Under the pieces are notes generated by a model. That model made no database searches, was not told the DNA's origin, and saw only the letters and a program-made list of their open reading frames with translations. Below are positions 1 through 7,771 of a DNA stretch of 64,000 nt, one piece after another (positions within the stretch are counted from its first letter, which is position 1; each line of letters begins with the position of its first letter). A program made the position numbers and the translations under genes. The stretch lies in the IMG/VR virus record IMGVR_UViG_3300045988_180675, positions 128,001-192,000 of that record; one strand, given 5' to 3'. Source of the DNA: a virus.

Positions 1-2502
1 CTTCAGCATCTTCTTCATTCCCTTACTTTCAAACTGGAATACAGAGTTAGTATGAGCCTGTGCAAATACCTTCTCAAACGTTTCCTTGTTGTCTAGCGGG
101 ATTCTATATGGCTCTGGATTGATTCCACGTTCCTTTAATTTCCATTTGCAATCTGTAACGATGTCCAATGTTTTTAATCCTAAGAAGTCGAACTTTAGCA
201 TTCCGTTTTCTTCAACTTCGATCATATTACATTGGGTCGTGTAGATTCCTAATTTACTGTTGTAACGTAAAGGTACGATTTCTTTTACTGGAGTTCCATC
301 TGTGATAACAACACCAGCTGCATGAGATCCATATGCTGTACAACAGTTTTCAAAAACCTTAGCCCATTTAATAATCGTATTTGCAGTTTTATCATCTGCA
401 AACTTCTGAATCAGGTCAGCGTATAATGTGATTTCTGCTCCGTTAGGATCTTGCTTTTCAAGTTTCGTGTTAAACCCTAATCCTGGCTTAGATGGGATTG
501 CCTTAGCAATCTTGTCGGCTAGTGATAAGAATCTTCCTCGATAACTTTCATCATTGTTCTTATAAGCCAAAAAGAAGCCATAAGAACGTGCTGCTGCACG
601 AATTGCTCCTCTAGGAGCTTGTGCATTTTGTGTCATGATTCCAACTACGCAATCTTCACCATACTTCTGCTTTACGTATTCGATCGTTCTAGGACGGATC
701 GTGTTGCTGATATCAGAATCAATATCTGGAAGTGATACACGTTCTGGATTTAAGAAACGTTCAAACAAGAGTTCAAATCTGATCGGATCCAAGTGGGTAA
801 TGCCTAGTAATTGGCAAACGAGTGATCCTACAGCAGAACCACGTCCAGTTCCATTTGCGATACCGACAGGAGTAGTAAATCCTCTTTCAAGCTTCCAAGC
901 TCGTAACGCTTCTTTTTCGATCGGAGCGTTTTCGATTTCTTCTGGTGGAATACTATCGTATTCAGCTGCATAGCGATTAAAGTCCTGCACCACCAAATGG
1001 TAATCGACATACCCCATCTTTTTGATGATCTCGATTTCACGATTCAATCTTTCTTGATACTCTGCTGGTAACCCAGCTGGATATAAGCGATTGATTCCAT
1101 CTTGAAGTTCTTTCATGAATACATCATTTGTATACTCTTCTGATTTTCCTTTAAATACCTTTGGAAAGTGATTTGTAATTTTGAAGTCTACATTGCATAT
1201 ACCTGCAATATATAAAGTATTATCAAATGCTTCTTCAATGACATCATCTTCAAAAACATGTGAGAACATAGCTCTCATTTCTGGCGTTGTCTTAATGTAG
1301 AGTTCTCTGTCTGCATCTTGCAGTGGTTCCCACTTTTCAAATCGTAAACTCTTCATAATCATTCTCTTTAATAATTCCTCGTTGGAGTTTGTTACCGTGT
1401 GTACATCATTTGCGGCAACAAGAGGAATATTCATAGAACGTGCTAGATTTACGATCTTATTGTAGATAACTTTTTCTTCTTGCATTCCATGGTATTGGAT
1501 CTCAGCAAAGAAGTTGTCTTGACCAAAGATGTTGTTAAAAAATTCCATCTCTTTACGAGCTTCTTCTAACATCTCTTCTTCTGTCTTTTTCTTCTTTTCT
1601 AATTCCAATATTTTTTCATTGAATACAGAAGATTTTTCTGCATCTACAGTTTTCTGCTTTAATTCTTTCTTTAAAATAGAGATTCTTGTTCTAAGCTTTT
1701 TGATTTCCTCTGTTAGTACAGGGATCTTTGCTTTGGCATCTTCTACTTCAGCCTTATCACTTTCGATACGTTGACGTTCTGCCTCAGCCATAAGCTCATC
1801 CATAGAAACTAAAATCTTTTCTCGTGCAGAGAACTTGATTTTGGATAATTTCTTCATCTTTTCTAATTCAGACTTCTTTTCTTTTAGTTGTTGATTTAGA
1901 TTGTTGAATTTATCTTCAACGAGAGATAAATTGCTTACATTTGAAGAAATACCTCCTTTTTCCATGGCTCTTCTGATTTTAGCGATTTCTCTTTCTACAA
2001 ACTCATTTGATCGAAAAACCGTTGCGATAACACCACTAATACAAGCTGATGTAGCGATAACGTTGTTATTTCCCAAGAAATACTTGTTGAGAATTTCGTC
2101 ATTCATCAGACAGTATCCGTTTTCACGTTGACCATCTGAAATAGCCATGCTGATCGTCTTCCAACCTTCATCATTTTTAGCATGTAAGATCAGATGCTTT
2201 TCTGGCTCAAGATTATTTTTTTGCATCAGCCCATTCTCTTTGTAGGCTGTGTGCTGGAAATAAGTCTCGATTCCAGGCACAAACTTTAGTCCATACTTCT
2301 TTGCGGCATTTTTAAAATCCCACGTCATAGCAGCCACGCCATGCTGTGTTAAAAATACCGTTTTTCTTCCGATATCACTTAATCTTTTGCAAACATCTTC
2401 GGCTGGATTATCGCAATCAAAAATATCTTTTGAATGCAAATGTGTTTCTTCATAATCTGAGATCTTTTTCATCTCTTCTATTACTTTAATTCTTTCGTTC
2501 AT
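1..2502 (-). CDS. dnaE: DNA polymerase III alpha subunit (DnaE-type), first 834 codons; 3' end lies beyond the window start
   Basis: Absent from the ORF track because there is no stop in the window. My own translation from ATG 2502-2500 (RBS AAGGAGG upstream) stays open to base 1. PHP motifs ETHLHS and LTQHG. DnaE core motifs GSAVGSLVCQLLGITHLDP, FERFLNPERVSLPDIDSD, GSHAAGVVI, KFDFLGLKTL. Confidence 0.9.
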   Translation of the reverse strand, partial: MNERIKVIEEMKKISDYEETHLHSKDIFDCDNPAEDVCKRLSDIGRKTVFLTQHGVAAMTWDFKNAAKKYGLKFVPGIETYFQHTAYKENGLMQKNNLEPEKHLILHAKNDEGWKTISMAISDGQRENGYCLMNDEILNKYFLGNNNVIATSACISGVIATVFRSNEFVEREIAKIRRAMEKGGISSNVSNLSLVEDKFNNLNQQLKEKKSELEKMKKLSKIKFSAREKILVSMDELMAEAERQRIESDKAEVEDAKAKIPVLTEEIKKLRTRISILKKELKQKTVDAEKSSVFNEKILELEKKKKTEEEMLEEARKEMEFFNNIFGQDNFFAEIQYHGMQEEKVIYNKIVNLARSMNIPLVAANDVHTVTNSNEELLKRMIMKSLRFEKWEPLQDADRELYIKTTPEMRAMFSHVFEDDVIEEAFDNTLYIAGICNVDFKITNHFPKVFKGKSEEYTNDVFMKELQDGINRLYPAGLPAEYQERLNREIEIIKKMGYVDYHLVVQDFNRYAAEYDSIPPEEIENAPIEKEALRAWKLERGFTTPVGIANGTGRGSAVGSLVCQLLGITHLDPIRFELLFERFLNPERVSLPDIDSDISNTIRPRTIEYVKQKYGEDCVVGIMTQNAQAPRGAIRAAARSYGFFLAYKNNDESYRGRFLSLADKIAKAIPSKPGLGFNTKLEKQDPNGAEITLYADLIQKFADDKTANTIIKWAKVFENCCTAYGSHAAGVVITDGTPVKEIVPLRYNSKLGIYTTQCNMIEVEENGMLKFDFLGLKTLDIVTDCKWKLKERGINPEPYRIPLDNKETFEKVFAQAHTNSVFQFESKGMKKMLK

Positions 2503-2570
2503 ATTTTCCTCCTTTTATTTATTCGTTCTCCAACTCATCAAATAAATCAATATTATTATGTTATATGCTG
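2503..2570 (-). promoter_or_regulatory. Class-B promoter/leader module, most diverged copy, upstream of dnaE
   Basis: Minus strand reads AGCATATAACATAATAATATTGATTTATTTGATGAGTTGGAGAAC..AAAAGGAGG..ATG. It shares the CATAAT box, TTATTTGATGA and GGAGAA blocks with the copies at 15773-15870, 44238-44330 and 52765-52830. Confidence 0.45.
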
Positions 2571-2571
2571 G

Positions 2572-2617
2572 GGAAAGAAAAAGTGCCTACGGAAGAACGT
2601 TATATTCTTTCGTAAGC
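2572..2617 (-). terminator. Rho-independent terminator after the sigma-like gene
   Basis: Interrupted ~12-bp stem-loop on the minus strand followed by CACTTTTTCTTTCC, about 30 nt after the stop codon. Confidence 0.55.
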
Positions 2618-2645
2618 AAATTATATCACATATACTGTTATATTT

Positions 2646-3752
2646 CTACATGAGATTCTCTACATCCAGTAATGAGATATCGTTAGCAAATGCATCTGCA
2701 AAGCCCTCATCGTCTGACTTGGTGTAGAAATGATTGTCCATATTGATCGCTTCAATTGGCATGCTTTGTCGAACTGTATTGATTTCCCTGGAGTTTAGTA
2801 ATATTGACTTAAATTCATTCTTTGCTGCTCTAAATGCTACAGAAAAAGTTGATTTTGAACCTTCATATCCATGAGCCTTAGCGTAATTGTATAGGGCTGC
2901 ATCTTTAATAGTCTTATCTGGATATTTTGCTGCAAACTCTAAGAAGAATGTCAGAATCTTTTTTGATTTCGGTCTTAACTTATTTAACATCTCCTGAAAT
3001 TCAATTGTTTCTTCTTTTTCTCTTAATTGTTTAGCTGGATCAGCTGCATTTGGATCTTGAATCTCAAGTGTTTGTGTCTGTTCTGAACTATCCTTACGCC
3101 AATCCAATTGGACAACAACGAATTTTAATTCAAGACACTTTCTTACGGTAATAAGTGATACCTTTTTGTCAAAATGTGTTTGGATATATTTTGTAAGTAT
3201 TTCTGGAGTATACGTATTGATTCCATCTGACTGTAATTCTTGGATAGCCTTATTTACAAGCGTCATTGATCTGGCATAATGAATAGATAATTGGACAGAG
3301 CCATCAATGATCGTCGAAACTTTGGCTGAGAAGAACTTGCTTACAAATGGAGTGATAAAAGTAGTGATGTTATATTCTGGGTTATATTCCTCTAAATGTT
3401 CTGCGAGAATCACAAATACTTCCTGCATGGCTTCTTCGATGTTTTCAATCGAAGGGAACGTATGTCGAATATAATAATGCAGCTGTTTATATGAAACTGC
3501 AAAAGCTAACCCTCTTGCTAAACTCTTGATTTCTGGTTCTTCATACTTGATTGCCTTTGCGATTACTTTTTCATCTGTTTTGTTCATACGATCGAAGCCG
3601 AGATTGAATCCATTTAATCTTTCTCTAAAATAGGCGATCAGATCTGGATATTTTTCTTCTAACTCTTTTGGGATATGAACAAAATCATCAATATGAAGCT
3701 TCATTCCTTTATCAATATACATTTTTGCATCATTTTCAATTTTGTTTCGCAT
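2646..3752 (-). CDS. Sigma-70 family-like RNA polymerase sigma factor (element-encoded)
   Basis: 368-aa ORF with RBS AGGAGAG. Segment EEAMQEVFVILAEHLEEYNPEYNITTFITPFV follows the sigma region-2 pattern (QE..L....E.Y.P....F.T...). The C-terminal LNKLRPKSKKILTFFLE resembles region 4. Assignment is by pattern only, with no profile search. Confidence 0.55.
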   Translation of the reverse strand: MRNKIENDAKMYIDKGMKLHIDDFVHIPKELEEKYPDLIAYFRERLNGFNLGFDRMNKTDEKVIAKAIKYEEPEIKSLARGLAFAVSYKQLHYYIRHTFPSIENIEEAMQEVFVILAEHLEEYNPEYNITTFITPFVSKFFSAKVSTIIDGSVQLSIHYARSMTLVNKAIQELQSDGINTYTPEILTKYIQTHFDKKVSLITVRKCLELKFVVVQLDWRKDSSEQTQTLEIQDPNAADPAKQLREKEETIEFQEMLNKLRPKSKKILTFFLEFAAKYPDKTIKDAALYNYAKAHGYEGSKSTFSVAFRAAKNEFKSILLNSREINTVRQSMPIEAINMDNHFYTKSDDEGFADAFANDISLLDVENLM

Positions 3753-3951
3753 ACAACTCTCCTACTATTTTTCTAAAAAAAGCATCTTTTCCATTTTTTC
3801 TCAATGTATATATAGCTTGGAACGTATTGTTAATATCTTCTGGCTTTACAACAGATGCGATCATCGAATGATTAAATGCATCAATTTCGTTATAACCATT
3901 ACCAAGATCACTTAATAGCTGCATTTCTTGTTTTAAAATTCCCATGTTCAT
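3736..3951 (-). CDS. Small hypothetical protein (71 aa) overlapping the sigma-like gene start
   Basis: The track ORF is 3736..3966. The ATG at 3951 has RBS AAAGGAAAAATG, and the track's ATG sits inside the predicted -10 box. The 3' end overlaps the sigma-like start by 17 nt. No family recognised. Confidence 0.45.
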   Translation of the reverse strand: MNMGILKQEMQLLSDLGNGYNEIDAFNHSMIASVVKPEDINNTFQAIYTLRKNGKDAFFRKIVGELYAKQN

Positions 3952-3964
3952 TTTTCCTTTATAC

Positions 3965-3993
3965 ATATAACAGTATATCTTCTTTCACCACAA
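3965..3993 (-). promoter_or_regulatory. Sigma-A-like promoter of the small-ORF/sigma operon, with ATATACTGTTAT motif in the spacer
   Basis: Minus strand TTGTGG-17 nt-TTATAT, with a TG dinucleotide 1 nt upstream of the -10. The spacer contains the recurrent 12-mer. Confidence 0.45.
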
Positions 3994-4002
3994 TTGTAAA
4001 GA

Positions 4003-4037
4003 GAAGAAAAAGAAAAAGAACAGATTTTTATCTGTCC
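4003..4037 (-). terminator. Rho-independent terminator after the HipA-like kinase gene
   Basis: Minus strand ACAGAT-AAAA-ATCTGT hairpin followed by TCTTTTTCTTTTTC, starting 5 nt after the stop. Confidence 0.6.
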
Positions 4038-4041
4038 TTTC

Positions 4042-5250
4042 CTATTTTGACAATGGAGAAATTTCCTTTTCCGAAATCTTTTTTACTCTCCCATTTGACT
4101 TCTGGACCAATTGAATCAACAAATCTCTTTGATCGTTGTTCAAAGTTGGATACGTCTTTATCATCTGTTCCATTGCACTGCATGTTAGTTTCTGCGGAAG
4201 CTTTTTTTTATAGTTTTTCTTAACATACTTGATTGCTTCTTTTTTATTTTCTTCTGAAAAATAGACAAAAGCAGGAGATTCGTTGCTTCTTAATTGGAAA
4301 GCAGAACCAGAGTCAAATAATGGAGCAAAACCAATGATTTCTGCGGTGTTTGCATCTCTAATGAATCCAAAGTTTCCAAGATGCCTGTCAGTGTTTCCAA
4401 TTACATAATCACAATAGATCATTTTCTTAATGTAATCATCTGCTCCTTTGATTTTAAGTTCATTACACGAACGTATAAAGAAATTCATCAGGTCTTCTCC
4501 TTCTTTTGGAGTGAATGGTTTCATAACATGTGAAGCAGGAACAAACTCTGTATCTCTCGTTATGAAATTTCTGCACTTTGAACAAAGTTGCATACTCTCA
4601 ATGACTAATGAATATTCAACAATATCTAATAGATTCAGTTGTTTCAATATCATTGATGCTAATACTTCTGAAAGTGGCTCTTGGTCAATCTGAAGCCCAG
4701 CTCCCTTATAAAGATAAGAAATTCCATCTTCTTTCTTCCACTTCTTAATTAAGATTCCGTTTGTTGTTAGATCAGGAGAGAAGGAGATCAAAGATGATGT
4801 ATCAAGACTTCCATCAAGTTCTCCTTTTTCTGCATGGGTTCTTATTTTTTCTTTATTTACTTCCCATATTCCAAAGAAAGCTTTCCCAACCTCTTCGCAA
4901 TAAGGGTTATCAAAGAAATTCAATTTTTCCCATGTTTCTCTTTTGTCATATTTCAGCCAATACTGATCGGAAAGAGAAAAGAAATTTCTGTATGTATTCA
5001 ATAAATCTTTAGAACTTTCCATTACATACGTTCTATTTTCTCTCTCACTTGGAATCATACGCTTTCTGAACCATGTTTGAAGATTTTCTAGTGATAGATT
5101 CCCATTCTGTAAAAACATTGGCAGATACCTCTGGTTATTCTTGTGTCGTCCTATGATTTTAATGATCTTATCTTTATCAATTACTATTTTTAATACTTTT
5201 TTATCCTTATTACAAAGCCATACTTCAAATCCGCTATTGTTTTCTGCCAT
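4042..5250 (-). CDS. HipA-like serine/threonine kinase
   Basis: HipA C-terminal kinase core: catalytic loop GNTDRHLGNFGF and Mg-binding FAPLFDSGSAF. Start moved from the track's 5316 to ATG 5250 (MAENNSG), which overlaps the upstream stop by 17 nt. Confidence 0.7.
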   Translation of the reverse strand: MAENNSGFEVWLCNKDKKVLKIVIDKDKIIKIIGRHKNNQRYLPMFLQNGNLSLENLQTWFRKRMIPSERENRTYVMESSKDLLNTYRNFFSLSDQYWLKYDKRETWEKLNFFDNPYCEEVGKAFFGIWEVNKEKIRTHAEKGELDGSLDTSSLISFSPDLTTNGILIKKWKKEDGISYLYKGAGLQIDQEPLSEVLASMILKQLNLLDIVEYSLVIESMQLCSKCRNFITRDTEFVPASHVMKPFTPKEGEDLMNFFIRSCNELKIKGADDYIKKMIYCDYVIGNTDRHLGNFGFIRDANTAEIIGFAPLFDSGSAFQLRSNESPAFVYFSEENKKEAIKYVKKNYKKKLPQKLTCSAMEQMIKTYPTLNNDQRDLLIQLVQKSNGRVKKISEKEISPLSK

Positions 5251-6562
5251 AATCGAACATCTCAACTTCTGCAACATTTTCACTTGGGTTATCTGTTTCA
5301 TCCCATTTACAAGCAAACTTTAGCATTTCCCCATTATTGTTGACCAAAATAGGTTCACCAGTTGAATAACCGATATCTACTAACTGATCGTGTTTAAATA
5401 CACAATACGCAAATTTTGCATGCCCGTTGGCTTCATTTTTCTTTCCACTTGGGAACATACGAACAGAAATTCCAGTTGCAGGATCAAAAGCTTCTAAGTG
5501 CCCTTTTCCAGATAATCCTTCGTCTTTGATTGCAGCAATCACAAATTCAGAACCATCAATACCTTCTACCATTGGTTGTAGCACACCTTCTTCTGATATG
5601 GAACAAGTTACTTTTAAAGAATTTCCTTTGCCATCATTGATGATTGCCTCTGGTGACTCTCCAAGAGCATCTGCCATCAACTGCTTGTCGGCATTGCGAT
5701 CAATGACATATCGGACAATAAATTCAGGGGTACGTATACTTGTAGCTAGTGGAGTAATAAACATATCGACTCTGCTTAAAGGCTCTCCATTTTCATCTGT
5801 GAAGTTACCCTTTACGTATGCATACATAATATCTTTTTGCTTAATTTTTATATCCATTCTTTCAGGATGCAATAAAACATTCTTTAAAACTTCTTCATTT
5901 TGAACTGGTGTATCCTTTGTTTCGTTTCCGTTACTTGATGTTGGAACATCGTAGTCTGGTTCATCTGGTTCACCAAAATTTAAGCCATCAGATAATAGTG
6001 GTGTATTAACGGAGCTATCAGAAGAAAATGGATCGTTATCTTCAGACATAAATGTTGGCATATCTGGTTCATATCCCGTTTCTTCTGGATTGAATGTTTC
6101 ATTGTTTACTTCGTCTCCAGCCTCATTCGTCTCATCTTGACTTAATGGATGTTCACTAACTGCCTGCTGTGGGATATTCACCTCTTTATCTTGCTTAGAT
6201 TCATCAGAGGCTTCTTTTTGCTTATCTTCTTTTTCTTCCGTTGTTTCTTGCGTGCCATGTTCTTGGTTTTGTGTAGTATCTACAGGTTTTTCCTCTTGTT
6301 TTTCTTCTTGATCGACAGATAACAGTTGGTCCATTGCTCTCATGGTTTCTTCATCAAATACATAGCTCTTTCCATCCGTCTGGATCACGATATTTTCTGC
6401 ATATTTTCTGAGTTCAAATGGCTTGTTTTGTGATATCAATCTACTTGCGATCATAGACTTTGCCATTGTGGCTAATACAACGTCTTTTTCGTCAGCATCT
6501 TCTGTATTGATAATGCTTTCTAAAAGATCCATGATTTCAAAATATGTTCTTACAAATTTCAT
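5234..6562 (-). CDS. Hypothetical protein with a long acidic low-complexity centre
   Basis: 442-aa ORF with RBS GGGAGGA. Its ATG overlaps the upstream TGA (ATGA). The central ~150 aa are E/D/Q/T-rich. No family recognised. Confidence 0.6.
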   Translation of the reverse strand: MKFVRTYFEIMDLLESIINTEDADEKDVVLATMAKSMIASRLISQNKPFELRKYAENIVIQTDGKSYVFDEETMRAMDQLLSVDQEEKQEEKPVDTTQNQEHGTQETTEEKEDKQKEASDESKQDKEVNIPQQAVSEHPLSQDETNEAGDEVNNETFNPEETGYEPDMPTFMSEDNDPFSSDSSVNTPLLSDGLNFGEPDEPDYDVPTSSNGNETKDTPVQNEEVLKNVLLHPERMDIKIKQKDIMYAYVKGNFTDENGEPLSRVDMFITPLATSIRTPEFIVRYVIDRNADKQLMADALGESPEAIINDGKGNSLKVTCSISEEGVLQPMVEGIDGSEFVIAAIKDEGLSGKGHLEAFDPATGISVRMFPSGKKNEANGHAKFAYCVFKHDQLVDIGYSTGEPILVNNNGEMLKFACKWDETDNPSENVAEVEMFDYGRKQ

Positions 6563-6906
6563 TTTAAAAATCCTCCCAATATTTTCTGTAGTAATGTCTT
6601 TCTTTTATGTGTCTTGGCGAACTCGGCAAACCGCTCTGGAGTTCTTCTGGCACTCTTTTCTTCTTCGATTCTCTCTTTTGAAATAAGCTTTCCATTAACG
6701 TCATAATGCCACTCATTTCCACAAGATTCACAATAACAGTTGTTATATGGTACTTCTTCTGCAAATCTAATCAGTTCTCCAGCTTTCAAAGACTCTCTTT
6801 CTGTATATATCTGATCATTTTCGCTTCTAGGCATTTTAATATATCGACCAGTTAATCTACTGCCACATTCTGGACATCTTTGTACATAATAATATATCTT
6901 CTTCAC
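6559..6906 (-). CDS. Zinc-ribbon protein (115 aa)
   Basis: GTG start in a GTGA overlap with the upstream stop; RBS GAGGA. Two CxxC pairs (RCPECG and CESCG). Confidence 0.6.
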   Translation of the reverse strand: MKKIYYYVQRCPECGSRLTGRYIKMPRSENDQIYTERESLKAGELIRFAEEVPYNNCYCESCGNEWHYDVNGKLISKERIEEEKSARRTPERFAEFAKTHKRKTLLQKILGGFLK

Positions 6907-7703
6907 TCTAAATCATCCTCGCCTTCGTTTGTTTCTTCTGTTTTGTTTTCATTTGATTCAATTTCTTGATTCGTATCTAAGAAGTATTGACACTCCTCTG
7001 GAGTCAATACCAACTGCCAACTGCATGCATTGACCAATATTCCATGATTCATGGATATTCTTGTAATATCTTGTGATGAGAGCAACAATGGACGCCACTC
7101 CCATTCTTCTTTGTTAGTTTTTGCGTTTGCCCTTTCCCATTTTTCATATTCTAGCCCATCTGTAAAGACAAAGTAATAGGCTTCTTTGGTTTTTGTCATA
7201 TATGCTTGGGCGTATATGAATACAAATGTATCTTTTCCACTCTTTGTTTTTGCTGGTTTGATCTTACAAGGAATAATGAATTTCAGATTTCTTATTCTTT
7301 TTAGCCATACAAAGTTTTTCGTCTGAACATATTCCGATATATTTCTTGATAATTCTTGATTGTAATAATACGCTGGGACATTTTCATACTTGATTTCTCT
7401 TTTATCTTTTCTTCCATCGTTATATGTACATTCAATATGATTTCCACCTGCCGAATACACCTTGGATACATACTTGTTCCAACTTTCTTCATTAAACTTG
7501 ATTGGAATGAAATATATACTTTCTTTCCATGTTTCACCTTTTTCTTCAGCCTTGGCATTGATATAGTCTTGTGCCATTTTCGAATTTTCAAAAAGTCTAT
7601 TTGTAAAATCTTTGTCAATATATGGAATCATTGCAAATTTGTTTGCTAGAAAATATAAGGTTATGTTCTTTTTAATAAATTCATTCAGCTTTCTTTCTTC
7701 CAT
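6903..7703 (-). CDS. Hypothetical protein (266 aa), first gene of the kinase operon
   Basis: Long ORF with RBS GAGG and an acidic C-terminal tail. No confident family; a weak SseB-like impression only. Confidence 0.55.
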   Translation of the reverse strand: MEERKLNEFIKKNITLYFLANKFAMIPYIDKDFTNRLFENSKMAQDYINAKAEEKGETWKESIYFIPIKFNEESWNKYVSKVYSAGGNHIECTYNDGRKDKREIKYENVPAYYYNQELSRNISEYVQTKNFVWLKRIRNLKFIIPCKIKPAKTKSGKDTFVFIYAQAYMTKTKEAYYFVFTDGLEYEKWERANAKTNKEEWEWRPLLLSSQDITRISMNHGILVNACSWQLVLTPEECQYFLDTNQEIESNENKTEETNEGEDDLE

Positions 7704-7718
7704 TTTAACCTCACATAT

Positions 7719-7730
7719 ATATTATGCTAT
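7719..7730 (-). promoter_or_regulatory. Class-A promoter box ATAGCATAATAT
   Basis: Box on the coding strand 15 nt before ATG 7703, directly after the terminator at 7733-7764. Confidence 0.5.
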
Positions 7731-7732
7731 AT

Positions 7733-7764
7733 CCAAAAGAAAAAGTAGAGAATTTCTTCTCTAC
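7733..7764 (-). terminator. Rho-independent terminator after the wall-hydrolase gene
   Basis: Minus strand GTAGAGAA-GAAA-TTCTCTAC hairpin followed by TTTTTCTTTTGG. Confidence 0.7.
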
Positions 7765-7771
7765 TGTTTAC

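Noticed and set aside
635-2131. Track ORFs 635-973 (+), 828-1040 (-), 1529-1774 (+) and 1901-2131 (+)
   Set aside because: All lie inside the uninterrupted 834-codon DnaE reading frame (minus strand, open from 2502 to base 1). They have low-complexity products and are artefacts of the track omitting the edge-truncated gene.
5251-5316. Upstream extension of the HipA-like ORF (MLVNGMKQITQVKMLQKLRCSI)
   Set aside because: It lies inside the coding region of the preceding gene. ATG 5250 gives the usual short overlap seen throughout this operon.
7301-7649. Nested or antisense ORFs such as 7301-7618 (-), 7356-7649 (+), 14446-14685 (-), 17472-17822 (-), 20326-20517 (-), 23507-23746 (-), 27500-27727 (-), 47494-47682 (-), 50947-51144 (-), 54404-54709 (-), 57344-57601 (-) and 61299-61493 (-)
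   Set aside because: Each lies wholly inside a longer, well-supported gene in another frame. They have biased low-complexity products and no translation signals.
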